NCBI GenBank assembly: GCA_046546355.1 | Contig: JBKGXZ010000001.1 | Location: 46,787 to 110,786, forward strand | Reading direction: 5' to 3' | DNA length: 64,000 nt | From: Desulfohalobiaceae bacterium | GTDB taxonomy: Bacteria; Desulfobacterota; Desulfovibrionia; Desulfovibrionales; Desulfothermaceae | Shown: one piece after another, positions 27,875-38,166 of the stretch | Numbering within the stretch: position 1 is the first letter of the stretch | How the letters are laid out: each line of letters begins with the position of its first letter | Made by a program: the position numbers and the translations under genes | Notes under the pieces: model-generated | What the model saw: only the letters and a program-made list of their open reading frames with translations | Told to the model about the DNA's origin: nothing | Database searches by the model: none

Positions 27875-29368
27875 ATGCTCTATTCTCCTCAGGTACTTTT
27901 TATTGCCTCAGAGGCCTATCCGTTCTCCAAGACCGGAGGGCTGGGCGATGTGCTGGGGGTACTCCCTTTGACCCTCAAAAATATGGGGCTGGAAGTGGGA
28001 GTAATCACTCCCTTCTACGGCAGGCTGGCTACAGCCTCCTATCAGATCAGGCTCCTGTATCAGAAGTGTCCTGTGGGCTATCCTTGGCCGGATATCACAG
28101 CTGATATCTACCGCGCTGATTATCACGGGGTTCCGGTCTACTTTGTGGAGCGTCCGGAGTATTTCGACCGCAAGGGGTTCTACTGCACCTATCAAGGGGA
28201 CTACTTTGACAACTGCGAGAGGTTCATCTTCTTCTGCAGGGCAGCCCTGGCCTGGGCCAGGACCATGGACAAGCCCCCGGCTGTTTTGCATGTGCACGAC
28301 TGGCAGACTGCCCTGATCCCTGCCTATTTACACTTTCTGCGTCAGCAGGATCCTTTCTGGGCAAGTACCAGATCCATGCTCACAGTGCACAACCTGGCCT
28401 TCCAGGGCCAGTATTCGGCCAGGCTGTTCTGGGAGTCAGGACTGCCCAGCCAGGCCTGGCACATGAACGGGGCTGAGCATTACGGCTCATTCAACATGCT
28501 CAAGGCAGGCCTGGGCTATGCGGACCTGATCAGTACAGTTAGCCCCAGCTATGCCAGGGAAATCTTGACCCCGGAGTTCGGAAGCGGGCTGCAAGGCATA
28601 CTGAGCCAAAGGGCCTCCAGGATAAGGGGCATCCTGAACGGGGTGGACTACAGGACCTGGGATCCGGCCCGGGACAAATACCTGCCCTGTCATTATTCTT
28701 TGTCTGACATGCGAGGCAAGCAGGAATGCAAGCGCTATCTGCTGCACAAGATGGGCCTGGAGGGCTGTCTGCAGGACAACCTGCCTGTGCTGGGCTTTAT
28801 CGGCAGACTCCGGGGGCAAAAGGGCATCGACCTGGTGCTGGATATTATGCCCAGGCTATTGGAGTTGGATCTGGGGCTGGTCATACTGGGTGAGGGGGAT
28901 CTGGAGCTAGAGACCAGACTCTCCAACCTGGTGGAGGAATATCCAGGCAGGCTGGCTGCCTGCATAGGCTACACAGAGGAAGAGGCCCATCAGATCATGG
29001 CTGGCTCTGACATTTTTCTCATGCCCTCCAGGTATGAGCCCTGCGGCCTGACCCAGCTCTACAGCCTGCGCTACGGCACCCTGCCGGTAGCCTCGGCAGT
29101 GGGCGGGCTGAAGGACACTGTGCGTAGCTATCCGGAACGCGACTGTACAGGCTTTGTGTTCAGTCCGGTAAGGAGCCAGGCCCTGCTGGCCAGCATCAAA
29201 CAGGCGGTCTGGCTCTGGAACCAGGAGCCGGAGCTCTGGCAGCAGATGCAAGTCCGGGCCATGGGCCAGGATTTTTCCTGGCCGGAGTCAGGCAGGAAGT
29301 ATCTGGAATGCTACTTTGAGCTGGGTCTGCAGGACTGGAGCCCTGCAAGCTCCAAGCTCAGCAACTAA
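27875..29368 (+). CDS. glgA: glycogen synthase (ADP-glucose type)
   Basis: N-terminal [15 protein letters not shown] motif (KTGGL), C-terminal [18 protein letters not shown] motif, 497 aa. Confidence 0.9.
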   Translation: MLYSPQVLFIASEAYPFSKTGGLGDVLGVLPLTLKNMGLEVGVITPFYGRLATASYQIRLLYQKCPVGYPWPDITADIYRADYHGVPVYFVERPEYFDRKGFYCTYQGDYFDNCERFIFFCRAALAWARTMDKPPAVLHVHDWQTALIPAYLHFLRQQDPFWASTRSMLTVHNLAFQGQYSARLFWESGLPSQAWHMNGAEHYGSFNMLKAGLGYADLISTVSPSYAREILTPEFGSGLQGILSQRASRIRGILNGVDYRTWDPARDKYLPCHYSLSDMRGKQECKRYLLHKMGLEGCLQDNLPVLGFIGRLRGQKGIDLVLDIMPRLLELDLGLVILGEGDLELETRLSNLVEEYPGRLAACIGYTEEEAHQIMAGSDIFLMPSRYEPCGLTQLYSLRYGTLPVASAVGGLKDTVRSYPERDCTGFVFSPVRSQALLASIKQAVWLWNQEPELWQQMQVRAMGQDFSWPESGRKYLECYFELGLQDWSPASSKLSN

Positions 29369-29406
29369 GTCCGGGCTATGCGGGCTGCCCGGCACCAGAA
29401 GGGATT

Positions 29407-29958
29407 ATGCACGAGATAAGCCTAGGCTACAGTATCCAGGATTACCTGAGCGGGGAGGATGTCCAGGCTACCACCTACGAAGACCTGCGCCAGGCCATAG
29501 CCCAGATGCTGGTGGAGCGCAAGGGCTATCCTAAAGACAGGCTGAAACCCAAAGTCAGGATCTCTTTTGAGGTCCAGAGCCAGAGCTACCAGCGGGAAGT
29601 GGATCTCACAGTTTACAGCCTGGAAGGGACCCCGATGCTGATCCTGATGTTCTGCGCCGGGGAAGTGGAGACCTACATCCGGGAGTGCCTGGCGGCAGCC
29701 AGGCTGCACCCCCATGGTCCTGCCAGGCTGGCGGTGGTCACTGATACCAGCCAGGCCCTTTTGCTGCGAGTCTCTGACGGGCAGCTGCTCAGGCAGACAG
29801 ACTACCAGGCCATTCCCAGCTGGGAGGAGCTGCAGCAGGAGGCAGAACAGGCAGGGGACTTTGTCCTGGATGAGAAGAAAAGGGCTGTGGAAGAGCGCAT
29901 TTTTTACGCCTTCAGTGAGATCAGCTGCTCCTGCAGGCAGTGTCCCGTGGACGAGTAA
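29407..29958 (+). CDS. hypothetical protein (possibly an HsdR N-terminal-like / PD-(D/E)XK-like fold; weak recollection-level call)
   Basis: 183-aa ORF with normal codon usage, ATG preceded by GAAGGG. There are no catalytic motifs I can name with certainty. The C-terminus has a CSCRQC cysteine cluster. Confidence 0.5.
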   Translation: MHEISLGYSIQDYLSGEDVQATTYEDLRQAIAQMLVERKGYPKDRLKPKVRISFEVQSQSYQREVDLTVYSLEGTPMLILMFCAGEVETYIRECLAAARLHPHGPARLAVVTDTSQALLLRVSDGQLLRQTDYQAIPSWEELQQEAEQAGDFVLDEKKRAVEERIFYAFSEISCSCRQCPVDE

Positions 29959-30297
29959 AGCCTGGGACAGCAGCTAAAACCGTGTCTCATAAGCTTAATG
30001 CTTGCCCTTGGCAATGACTCTGTGAATCTTGCTGTAAGTTTTTGACCCAGTTGGAACGCTATGCGGAACTTGCAAATCACAAAAAACAAATACCAAGCAA
30101 ATCCCCATGCACAAAAAAGACAAAGATAAGAGAGTAAACAAAATTTTTCAGGTGCTTGTTTTGAATTTTGAGTCTGTTTCTTCTTCGAATCTGTTTGGGA
30201 TTTGGAATTTCTAATTTTGGAGTTTCGTTTTGGGATAATGCAGCCTTGCATGTTCTCAATTTGCCGCTATCAAAGGCAAAACGTTTGGGTCAGAGTA
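29959..30297. other. AT-rich orphan spacer between convergent gene ends
   Basis: No convincing ORF. My hand count over 30061..30240 gives about 60 G+C in 180 nt (about 33%), against roughly 58-60% in the flanking genes. A-rich then T-rich halves, short direct repeats and four GGA motifs. Confidence 0.6.
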
Positions 30298-31833
30298 TTA
30301 GAATCTGTCTTCCCGATCCAGGCAGCGATAGTTTATGGCCTCAGCCAGGTGATCCACACTGAGCCTGTCCCGGGCCTGCAAGTCAGCAATGGTCCTGCTG
30401 ATCTTCAGGATCCTGGTGAAGGCCCGGGCAGATAGGCCCAGCCGCTGCACTGCCTGCTCCAGGAAGCTGTGCTCAGCCTCACCCAGGGAGCAGTGCTGCT
30501 GCAGCCACTTGTCCCCCAGCTCACTGTTAGTACTGCAGGGAAGCTCCTGGTAGCGCAGGGCCTGGATTTCCCTGGCGGCCTGGATGCGGCTGCGCATGGA
30601 CTCGGAGTCCTTGCTGCTCTTGTTTTGCTTTAGCTCCTTGTATTTCAGGGCCGGGACCTCGATCTGCAGGTCTATCCTGTCCAGCAAGGGTCCGGAGAGC
30701 CGGGAGCGATAGCGCTGGATCTGTCTGCTGCTGCAGGTGCAGATATGCTCCTCGTCAGTGAAATACCCGCATGGGCAGGGGTTCATGGCAGCCACCAGCA
30801 TGAAGTCAGCTGGGTATTTTAGCGAGATCGCTGCCCTGGAGATGGTCACGGTTCCGTCCTCCAGGGGCTGGCGCATGACCTCCAGGACCTGCTTGCGGAA
30901 CTCTGGCATCTCGTCCAGGAAGAGCACGCCGCGATGGGAGAGGGATACTTCCCCGGGTCTGGGATAATGTCCTCCCCCGATCAGGCCGGCGTCCGAGATG
31001 GTGTGGTGGGGAGAGCGGTAAGGCCTTTCAGTGATCAAGGCTTGGCCAGAGGCCAACTGACCGGCCACGGAGTAGATCTTGGTTACCTCCAGGGCCTCCT
31101 CGAAGCCCAGCAAGGGCAGCACACTGGGGATGCGCTTGGCCAGCATGGTCTTGCCGCTGCCCGGGGGACCGATGAACAGCAGGTTGTGCCCTCCTGCTGC
31201 TGCTATTTCTACTGCTCGCTTGGCGTGCTCCTGGCCTTTGACCTCCCGGAAATCCAGGCCAAAGTCCAGCCGCTTGGCCCAGAGGTCCTGCAGATCGCTG
31301 GTGTAGGGCTGGATATCCTCCTCGGCGCTCAGAAAACGGATGCATTGGGCCAGGCTGCGCACAGGGTAGACGCTCAGATCCTGGACAACTCCGGCCTCTG
31401 CCCGGTTCTCCTCTGGGATAATCAGCCCCCGGGCACCCTCGTCCCTGGCCTTCAGGGCCATGGGCAAAATCCCGGGTACAGGCTTGAGCTCGCCATTCAG
31501 GGAGAGCTCCCCAGCCAGATAGTAGCCTTGCAGGCTGGACTCGGCTAGTATTTCTGCTGCGGCCAGAAGGCCCAGGGCCAGGGGCAGGTCGTAACCGCTG
31601 CCCTCCTTGCGCATGTCAGCCGGGGCCAGATTGACAGTGATCCTGGAAGGCGGGAGCTTGAAGCCGCTGTTTTTCAGGGCGGTGAAGACCCGCTCCTTGC
31701 TCTCCTTGACTGCGCCCTCAGCCAGGCCCACCATGGTGAAAGCGGGCATGCCGGACTTGGCCAGATCAGCCTCCAGGTGCACAGTAAAGGCCTCGATCCC
31801 CAACAGCGCGGCAGTCAACACTCTGGCCAGCAT
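30298..31833 (-). CDS. YifB/ComM-family Mg-chelatase-like AAA+ ATPase
   Basis: Lon-protease-like N-terminal domain (MLARVLTAALLGIEA), Walker A GPPGSGKT and a C-terminal ChlI-like region. Confidence 0.9.
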   Translation of the reverse strand: MLARVLTAALLGIEAFTVHLEADLAKSGMPAFTMVGLAEGAVKESKERVFTALKNSGFKLPPSRITVNLAPADMRKEGSGYDLPLALGLLAAAEILAESSLQGYYLAGELSLNGELKPVPGILPMALKARDEGARGLIIPEENRAEAGVVQDLSVYPVRSLAQCIRFLSAEEDIQPYTSDLQDLWAKRLDFGLDFREVKGQEHAKRAVEIAAAGGHNLLFIGPPGSGKTMLAKRIPSVLPLLGFEEALEVTKIYSVAGQLASGQALITERPYRSPHHTISDAGLIGGGHYPRPGEVSLSHRGVLFLDEMPEFRKQVLEVMRQPLEDGTVTISRAAISLKYPADFMLVAAMNPCPCGYFTDEEHICTCSSRQIQRYRSRLSGPLLDRIDLQIEVPALKYKELKQNKSSKDSESMRSRIQAAREIQALRYQELPCSTNSELGDKWLQQHCSLGEAEHSFLEQAVQRLGLSARAFTRILKISRTIADLQARDRLSVDHLAEAINYRCLDREDRF

Positions 31834-31836
31834 AGC

Positions 31837-32484
31837 TTACTCCAAGGTTTGGCCGATACGCCCCCATCTGATATCCCCCAGCCCTGCCCAGGACCAGTAG
31901 ATTATCCAGGCCTCGCCCAGGATTTGTTCCTGGTCCACAAAGCCCCAGAATCTGGAGTCGTAAGACTCATCCCGGTTGTCTCCCAGGACAAAGTACTTGT
32001 CCTCTGGAACCTGAACAGGAGGCAGATTGTCCCTGAACTCGGGGTTGAAGCTGTGCGGGGGCCAGTTTTGGCCAGAGGTCTGACCCGGGCTGGTCTGAGG
32101 GCTGGTGGACCGCACATAGGGCTCCACCAGAGGTTGGCCGTTGCGGTGCACCTGCTTGTTCCTGATCTCTATCTCGTCTCCGGGCAAGCCTATGACCCGC
32201 TTGATGAAGTCCTTGGATTCATCCTCCGGGAATTTGAAGACTATGATGTCCTGGAACTCGGGCTCGGAGACAGGGAAGACCAGGGTGTTCACAAAGGGCA
32301 GTCGAATCCCGTAGATGAACTTGTTCACCAATAAATGATCTCCCACCTTCAGGGTGGGCAGCATGGAGCCGGAAGGGATCTTGAAGGCCTGCACAGCAAA
32401 GGATCTGATCAGGAAGGCCAGAATAAAGGCGATGAGCAGGGCCTCTGCGTATTCCTTGAAAGTCTTTTTCCAGTTGGGGCTCAT
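31837..32484 (-). CDS. lepB: signal peptidase I
   Basis: Catalytic Ser motif IPSGSMLPTL, the Lys box (KRVIGLPGD) and the GDNRDESYDSR motif. Confidence 0.9.
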   Translation of the reverse strand: MSPNWKKTFKEYAEALLIAFILAFLIRSFAVQAFKIPSGSMLPTLKVGDHLLVNKFIYGIRLPFVNTLVFPVSEPEFQDIIVFKFPEDESKDFIKRVIGLPGDEIEIRNKQVHRNGQPLVEPYVRSTSPQTSPGQTSGQNWPPHSFNPEFRDNLPPVQVPEDKYFVLGDNRDESYDSRFWGFVDQEQILGEAWIIYWSWAGLGDIRWGRIGQTLE

Positions 32485-32513
32485 GTCTAGTTCCTTTAAG
32501 CTCCGGGCCAGGC

Positions 32514-34322
32514 TCAGGATTCGTCCTTCTGCAGGGCAGCCAGGAAAGCCTCCTGGGGCAGCTCGATATTGCCCATCTTCTTCATCCTGCGCTTGCCCTG
32601 CTTCTGCTTCTCTAAGAGTTTACGCTTCCTGCTGATATCCCCTCCGTAACACTTGGCAGTCACATTTTTGCGCATGGGGGGGACCCTCTCCCTGGCCACC
32701 ACCTTATTGCCTATGCAGGCCTGGATGATGACTTCGAACAACTGCCTGGGGATCAGTTGTTTCAGCTTCTGAGCCAGCTTCCTGCCCTGGTAGTAGGCCT
32801 TGTCCCGGTGCACAATGCTGGCCATGGAATCCACAGGCTCGGAGTTGATAAGGATGTCCAGGCGCACCAAGTCTGCAGGGAAAAAGCCGATGAATTCGTA
32901 GTCCAGGGAGGCATAGCCCCGGGTCAGGGATTTGAGCTGGTCAAAGAAGTCGAACACGATTTCCGCGAAGGGCAGCTCATAGGTAATGATTACCCTGGCA
33001 GAAGTCAGGTAGCGCAGGTCCTTCTGCATGCCCCGCTTGGCCTCGCAGAGCCCTAATACATTGCCCACGTACTCGTTGGGGACATGGATCTCCATGCGCA
33101 CATAAGGCTCTGCAATGGATTCCAGCTCCAAGGGGTCAGGGAGCAGGCTGGGGTTGTCCACCTTCAGCTCTGTACCGTCCTTCTTAAAGGCCTGGTAGAT
33201 CACCGAGGGCGCGGTAGCTATGAGCTCAGCCTGGAATTCCCTTTCCAGCCTCTCCTGGATGATGTCCATGTGCAACAGGCCCAAAAAGCCGCACCTGAAT
33301 CCAAAGCCCAGGGCCTGGGAGGATTCCGGATCGAAGCTAAACGAGGTGTCGTTGAGCTGCAGACGCTCCAGGGACTTCTTCAGGGGGTCGTACTTGGCTG
33401 GCTCAGTGGGGTACAGACCGCAGAAGACCATGGGTTGGATCTTTTTGAAGCCTGGGCAGGGGCGACTTACAGGCTTGTGGGCCCAGGTGATGGTGTCTCC
33501 CACCCGGGCCTGGGAGAGGTCCTTGATGTTGGCGAACATGAAGCCCACTTCCCCTGGACCCAGCCAGTCCACCTGCTGGGGGTTGGGGCAGAATATGCCC
33601 AGACTGTGGATCTCGAATTCCCGCTGGTTGGAGTACATCATGATCCTCTGGCCCTGCTGCATATAGCCGTCAAAGATCCTGAACAGGACTACCACCCCCT
33701 GATAGGGGTCGTACCAGGAATCAAAGATCAGGGCCTTTAAGGGCTGCTCCAGATCGCCCTGGGGCCGGGGGATCTGCTCCACGATCCTGTCCAGGACCTG
33801 TTCCGTGTTTTGGCCGGTCTTGGCGCTTATCTGCAGGATGTCAGTGCAGTCCAGGCCTATGGCTTCCTCGATGTCCTGGATGATCAGCTCCGGTTCTGCC
33901 CCAGGCAGGTCCACCTTGTTCAAAACCGGGATAACCTCCAGGTCATTGTCCAGGGCCAGATAGACGTTGGCCAAAGTCTGGGCCTCCACTCCCTGGGAGG
34001 CGTCCACCAACAGCAGGGCCCCTTCGCAGGCTGCCAGGCTCCTGGAGACTTCGTAGTTGAAATCCACGTGGCCAGGGGTATCAATCAGGTTCAGGATGTA
34101 CTGCCTGCCCTCCTTGGCCCTGTAGGGCAGGCGCACGGTCTGGGACTTGATGGTGATGCCCCTTTCCCGCTCCAGATCCATGCGGTCCAGGAACTGATCC
34201 TTTTTTTCCCTGCCACTGACCAGGCCGGTCAGCTCCAGGAGCCGGTCTGCAAGGGTAGATTTCCCGTGGTCAATATGGGCAATGATGCTGAAGTTGCGAA
34301 GCTGTCTTTTTTCCGGCCGCAT
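32514..34322 (-). CDS. lepA: translation elongation factor 4
   Basis: [30 protein letters not shown] and the LepA-specific C-terminal domain. Confidence 0.95.
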   Translation of the reverse strand: MRPEKRQLRNFSIIAHIDHGKSTLADRLLELTGLVSGREKKDQFLDRMDLERERGITIKSQTVRLPYRAKEGRQYILNLIDTPGHVDFNYEVSRSLAACEGALLLVDASQGVEAQTLANVYLALDNDLEVIPVLNKVDLPGAEPELIIQDIEEAIGLDCTDILQISAKTGQNTEQVLDRIVEQIPRPQGDLEQPLKALIFDSWYDPYQGVVVLFRIFDGYMQQGQRIMMYSNQREFEIHSLGIFCPNPQQVDWLGPGEVGFMFANIKDLSQARVGDTITWAHKPVSRPCPGFKKIQPMVFCGLYPTEPAKYDPLKKSLERLQLNDTSFSFDPESSQALGFGFRCGFLGLLHMDIIQERLEREFQAELIATAPSVIYQAFKKDGTELKVDNPSLLPDPLELESIAEPYVRMEIHVPNEYVGNVLGLCEAKRGMQKDLRYLTSARVIITYELPFAEIVFDFFDQLKSLTRGYASLDYEFIGFFPADLVRLDILINSEPVDSMASIVHRDKAYYQGRKLAQKLKQLIPRQLFEVIIQACIGNKVVARERVPPMRKNVTAKCYGGDISRKRKLLEKQKQGKRRMKKMGNIELPQEAFLAALQKDES

Positions 34323-34462
34323 ATATGCTCTGATCAGAGATTAAAATAAGGGGATTTTTGCTGCCGGAGAAATAAACCATTTCCCTGCTGCTGTCTAACC
34401 TGTCCCTGGGCAGGCGGTGCGGCAGCTTGGTGCAAAAGGTCGTCGCCTTCTGGCTGCGCTGG

Positions 34463-36592
34463 CTACAGGGTGTATTGGTAGAACTTGCTGATGTATTCCT
34501 TTACCATCCTGCGGGCAGAAAATTCAGGGGCCACGCTCTTGATGCTCTCTTTCATGAAGCGCACCCACTCCAAGGGGACCCCGTGCTCACCTGCCTGGTA
34601 ATAGGCAGGGATCAGCTTGTTCTCCAGGAGCTGGTAGAGCTCCTCCACATCCTCCTGGTCCTGGTAGGAGGCGGGCTCTTCCCTGCCGAAGGTCCAGCCG
34701 TTCTTCCGATTGAAGCCCTCCAGCCACCAGCCATCCGGGATGCTCAGCTGGGGCACGGCGTTGATGGCAGACTTCATGCCGCTGGTGCCGCAAGCCTCCA
34801 TAGGGGGCTGGGGGTTGTTTAGCCAGACATCCACTCCATGCACCAGGTACTGGGCCAGCTGCTCGTTATAGTTCTCCACAAAGGCTATTCTGCCGCTTAG
34901 CTCCGGGCTGCGGGCTAAATGGTAAATGCGCTGGATCAGCCTTTGTCCTGCCTCATCAGCTGGATGGGCCTTGCCTGCGAAAACGATCTGGATGGGCCGC
35001 CAGGGGTGGTTGAGAATGCCTTTCAGCCTCTCCAGGTCGGAAAAGATCAGGTCCGCCCGCTTGTAGGTGGCGAATCTGCGGGCGAAACCCAGGGTCAACA
35101 CCGCTGGATCCAGCATAGTGCCCTGGGCCATGATCTGGCCGGGATCGGTCTGTCCGGAGCTCCAGCGGGTTTTGGCTCTGTGCCGGATGTAGTTGAAAAG
35201 CTTCAGCTTCAGCCAGTAATGGGTTTGCCAGAGCTCCTTGTCCGGAATTTCCTCAATGAACTCCCATATGGCAGGGTTGTCGTGGGCGCTGAGCCAGCCT
35301 TCGCCGAAATACCTGTTGAACAAGAGCCGTAACTTGGGCTCCAGCCAGGTGGGCAGATGTACCCCGTTGGTGACATAGTCGATAGGGATTTCTTCTTGGG
35401 GCAGATCCGGCCACAGGGACTGCCACATCTGTCTGGTGACCTGGCAGTGCTTCTTGCTCACTGCGTTGGTCCGGCCCGAGAGCTTCAGGGCCAGCACAGT
35501 CATATTGAATCCTGCCTGGGGCTTTTCTGGGTGCCGGCCCAGGTCCATGAATTCTTCCCTGCTTAGCCCCAGCCTGGGCCAGTAGGACTTGAAGTACTTC
35601 TCGATCAGCTCAAAGGGGAAGACATCATGCCCGGCAGGTACAGGAGTATGGGTGGTGAACAGGCTCATGGCTCTTAGCTGCTCCAGGGCAGTAAGGAAGT
35701 CCTGGCCCTGCTCCACCAGCTCCCGAAGCTTTTCCAGCAGGGCGAAGGCAGCATGGCCCTCATTGAGGTGCAGCATGCTGTAGTCCTGCCCCAGGGCCCT
35801 GAGCACCCTGGAGCCCCCAATGCCTAAGATTATCTCCTGCAGCAGCCTTTGCTCGTGGTCGCTGGTATACAGCCTTTGAGAAATATCCCGGATCCAGGGC
35901 TCGTTTACTTCCAGATCGGTATCCATGAGGTACAAAGACACCCTGCCCACAGCCACCTTCCAGATGCCCACCTGCACCGGGGTAGTATTGATAAAGGGCA
36001 CAGCCACCTGCAGCTGCTCCCCGCTTTCAGTGAGCAACCTGTTGATGGAGGCAGCTTCCTTGTCCACCTCCTGGGTATAGTTCTCCTGCCAGCCGTCCTG
36101 GTTGAGGACCTGGTACAGATAGCCCGCAGGGTACATGAAGCCCAGGGCTACCAGAGGTACTCCCAGATCGCTGCACTCCTTGAGGTGGTCCCCGGCCAGA
36201 AAGCCTAAGCCTCCAGCGTAGAAAGGCAGCGAGTGATGCAGGCCATACTCCGCTGAAAAGTAGGCAATAGGCAGGGTTTCCTGGCTGGATCTGTCACTGG
36301 GGCAGAGCTGTGCTTCCTGCATGTATTTGTGGAAATGGTACATGACCAGGTCGTAGTGGGTCAGGAAGTGCTTGTCCCGGGCTGCCCTGCGCATAATTTC
36401 TTCAGGGAGCCTCTTGAGCATCAGATCCGGATTGTGGCCGGTTTCTTTCCAGGTTTCCCTGTCCAGCATCTTGAACAGCATCCTGGCCTGGGGGTTCCAG
36501 GACCACCACAGGTTTTCCGCAAGTTCTCCCAGGCCCTGGAGCCTCTCAGGCAGGCCTGGGAAGTTGTTGTTTTTTTGTAGATAGGTTTTCAA
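34463..36592 (-). CDS. glgP: alpha-glucan (glycogen/maltodextrin) phosphorylase, GT35
   Basis: Motifs NLWWSWN near the N-terminus and EACGTSGMK (PLP lysine region). The ORF track starts at TTG 36643, but the in-frame TTG 36592 has an AGGAGA RBS (36604..36599) with a 6-nt spacer. Confidence 0.85.
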   Translation of the reverse strand: MKTYLQKNNNFPGLPERLQGLGELAENLWWSWNPQARMLFKMLDRETWKETGHNPDLMLKRLPEEIMRRAARDKHFLTHYDLVMYHFHKYMQEAQLCPSDRSSQETLPIAYFSAEYGLHHSLPFYAGGLGFLAGDHLKECSDLGVPLVALGFMYPAGYLYQVLNQDGWQENYTQEVDKEAASINRLLTESGEQLQVAVPFINTTPVQVGIWKVAVGRVSLYLMDTDLEVNEPWIRDISQRLYTSDHEQRLLQEIILGIGGSRVLRALGQDYSMLHLNEGHAAFALLEKLRELVEQGQDFLTALEQLRAMSLFTTHTPVPAGHDVFPFELIEKYFKSYWPRLGLSREEFMDLGRHPEKPQAGFNMTVLALKLSGRTNAVSKKHCQVTRQMWQSLWPDLPQEEIPIDYVTNGVHLPTWLEPKLRLLFNRYFGEGWLSAHDNPAIWEFIEEIPDKELWQTHYWLKLKLFNYIRHRAKTRWSSGQTDPGQIMAQGTMLDPAVLTLGFARRFATYKRADLIFSDLERLKGILNHPWRPIQIVFAGKAHPADEAGQRLIQRIYHLARSPELSGRIAFVENYNEQLAQYLVHGVDVWLNNPQPPMEACGTSGMKSAINAVPQLSIPDGWWLEGFNRKNGWTFGREEPASYQDQEDVEELYQLLENKLIPAYYQAGEHGVPLEWVRFMKESIKSVAPEFSARRMVKEYISKFYQYTL

Positions 36593-36708
36593 GCTGATTC
36601 TCCTTGTTGCTTGGCCTTGGGATTTGCTCTGGACCAAGATCAAATTTATTAACAGCCTGCTGGTTAAGGGTCAACTGTGCTTGACAGCTGGAGACGAAGA
36701 ACCAGGCT

Positions 36709-38166
36709 TCAGTTGTTTTTTTTGCTCTGCAGCAACTTTTGCCACCTACTCCTTTCCTGCCAGGAAAACCCGCCTGGATAGCAGGGCCAGATAGAGCTGT
36801 TCTGATACAGGGGCTCCTCTGCCAAGGGGTAGGGGCTGTGTTTTCTGGCCTGCTCAAATAGTTCTGTACCCGGGATCGGGGAGTAATAGGCCAGGATGGG
36901 CTGCACCCCGTGCCTGTGGGCGAAGCTGATGGCCCGCTCTATCTCCTTGGGGTCTTGTCCGGGCAGACCGAACAGGATATAGGCCCCCAATTGGTCCTCG
37001 CTGAATCCAGCCTGGTAGAGGCGCTGCACAGCCTGGGTCCATTCTTGCCTGCACAGCTTGAAGTCTCTGCGGCTGCCGAAATCTGCTGTCTCCAAACCCA
37101 GGCGCACGGTGTGCAGCCCGGCCTTTCGCAGCAGCACGGGCAGAGAGCCCTGCAGGTAACGGGCATGCATCGCGTTGGGGGTATGCAGTCTGGGCCTGGG
37201 CTTTAGCCGGCTCAATTCCTGCAACAGGGGCTTTAGCCACTGCTGGGCTTTATGCAGCAGGGCGTCGTCGTAAAATGCGAAGTCCAGGATTCCTTGACTG
37301 AGCTCCTGTTTAAGCTCCCTGGAGAGATCCGCAGCAGGCCTGGGGGCAAATCCGGGATACAAACGGGAACTGGCGCAGTAGGCGCAGTCAAAAGGGCAGC
37401 CCCTGGAGCCCAAAATAATGGAGAAATCCTTGCTGGGGTACAGATCCTGGGCCAATCCCGGTTCTGGAATGCCCGGGGCTTTTGCCTGGTTCCCCAGGGC
37501 CGTTTGCCAGAGGCTTTGCCAGTTCTGTTGATCTTCCAGGGGGCCTTCCAGGATTAGGTCAGCCTGGCTGCTGTGCCTGGCGTGCTCGGGGCAAAGGCTG
37601 GGGTAGATCCCGCCCAGGACCAGGGGAACCTCAGGCCAGATTCTGCGCAGCAGGCGCTCCATGGCCAGCACGCCTGGGTACCAGTAGGTCATGCATGAGG
37701 TGAGCAGGATCAGTTCAGGTCCGGGGCTTAGCTGCTGCAGGGCTTTTTTCACAGCGGCATAGGGCAGACCGTAGCGGCTGTACCTCCTGGGGATGTCCTG
37801 CAGGGCCCATGGCTGGGGCAACACAGTCTTGGGGTAGTGGCCAGTGCCGAATTCCCGGCCCTTGGGCCAACTCATGTCCCTCCAGGTGGGGTGCATACAG
37901 TCCAAAAGCGCCACCTGGCAGCCAGAAGAGCGCATCAGCTCCAGGCAGCTCAAGAGCCCGGCAGGCCTGGACCAGAGATTGAAAGCGGCGAAATCGTAAA
38001 TCCAGGGGTTGATACCCAGGACACGCAGTCCGGGACCCGAGGGCCTATTCTTGCATGAGGTCCAGGTAATCTCTGGCCATTTGGGCAGTAGAGGAATCGG
38101 GTTCCACCTCCAGAATACGTTGCAGCCAGGACCGGGCCTGTTCGGTGTTGCCCAGCCTGAGCTCAT
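36709..38166 (-). CDS. B12-binding-domain-type radical SAM protein, substrate unknown (start unresolved)
   Basis: CPFDCAYC (CX3CX2C) radical SAM cluster, preceded by a Rossmann-like N-terminal domain starting LRVLGINPWIYDFAAF. The only canonical start is ATG 38166, which overlaps the upstream TPR gene by 122 nt. Confidence 0.7.
   Translation of the reverse strand: MSSGWATPNRPGPGCNVFWRWNPIPLLPKWPEITWTSCKNRPSGPGLRVLGINPWIYDFAAFNLWSRPAGLLSCLELMRSSGCQVALLDCMHPTWRDMSWPKGREFGTGHYPKTVLPQPWALQDIPRRYSRYGLPYAAVKKALQQLSPGPELILLTSCMTYWYPGVLAMERLLRRIWPEVPLVLGGIYPSLCPEHARHSSQADLILEGPLEDQQNWQSLWQTALGNQAKAPGIPEPGLAQDLYPSKDFSIILGSRGCPFDCAYCASSRLYPGFAPRPAADLSRELKQELSQGILDFAFYDDALLHKAQQWLKPLLQELSRLKPRPRLHTPNAMHARYLQGSLPVLLRKAGLHTVRLGLETADFGSRRDFKLCRQEWTQAVQRLYQAGFSEDQLGAYILFGLPGQDPKEIERAISFAHRHGVQPILAYYSPIPGTELFEQARKHSPYPLAEEPLYQNSSIWPCYPGGFSWQERSRWQKLLQSKKNN

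Noticed and set aside
30198-30235. Calling the GGA-rich stretch in the AT-rich spacer a CsrB/RsmZ-type CsrA sponge.
   Set aside because: There are only four GGA motifs, none visibly presented in hairpin loops. There is no flanking promoter or terminator, and FliW-partnered CsrA systems are not known to need such RNAs. I kept it as a speculative note inside the spacer finding only.
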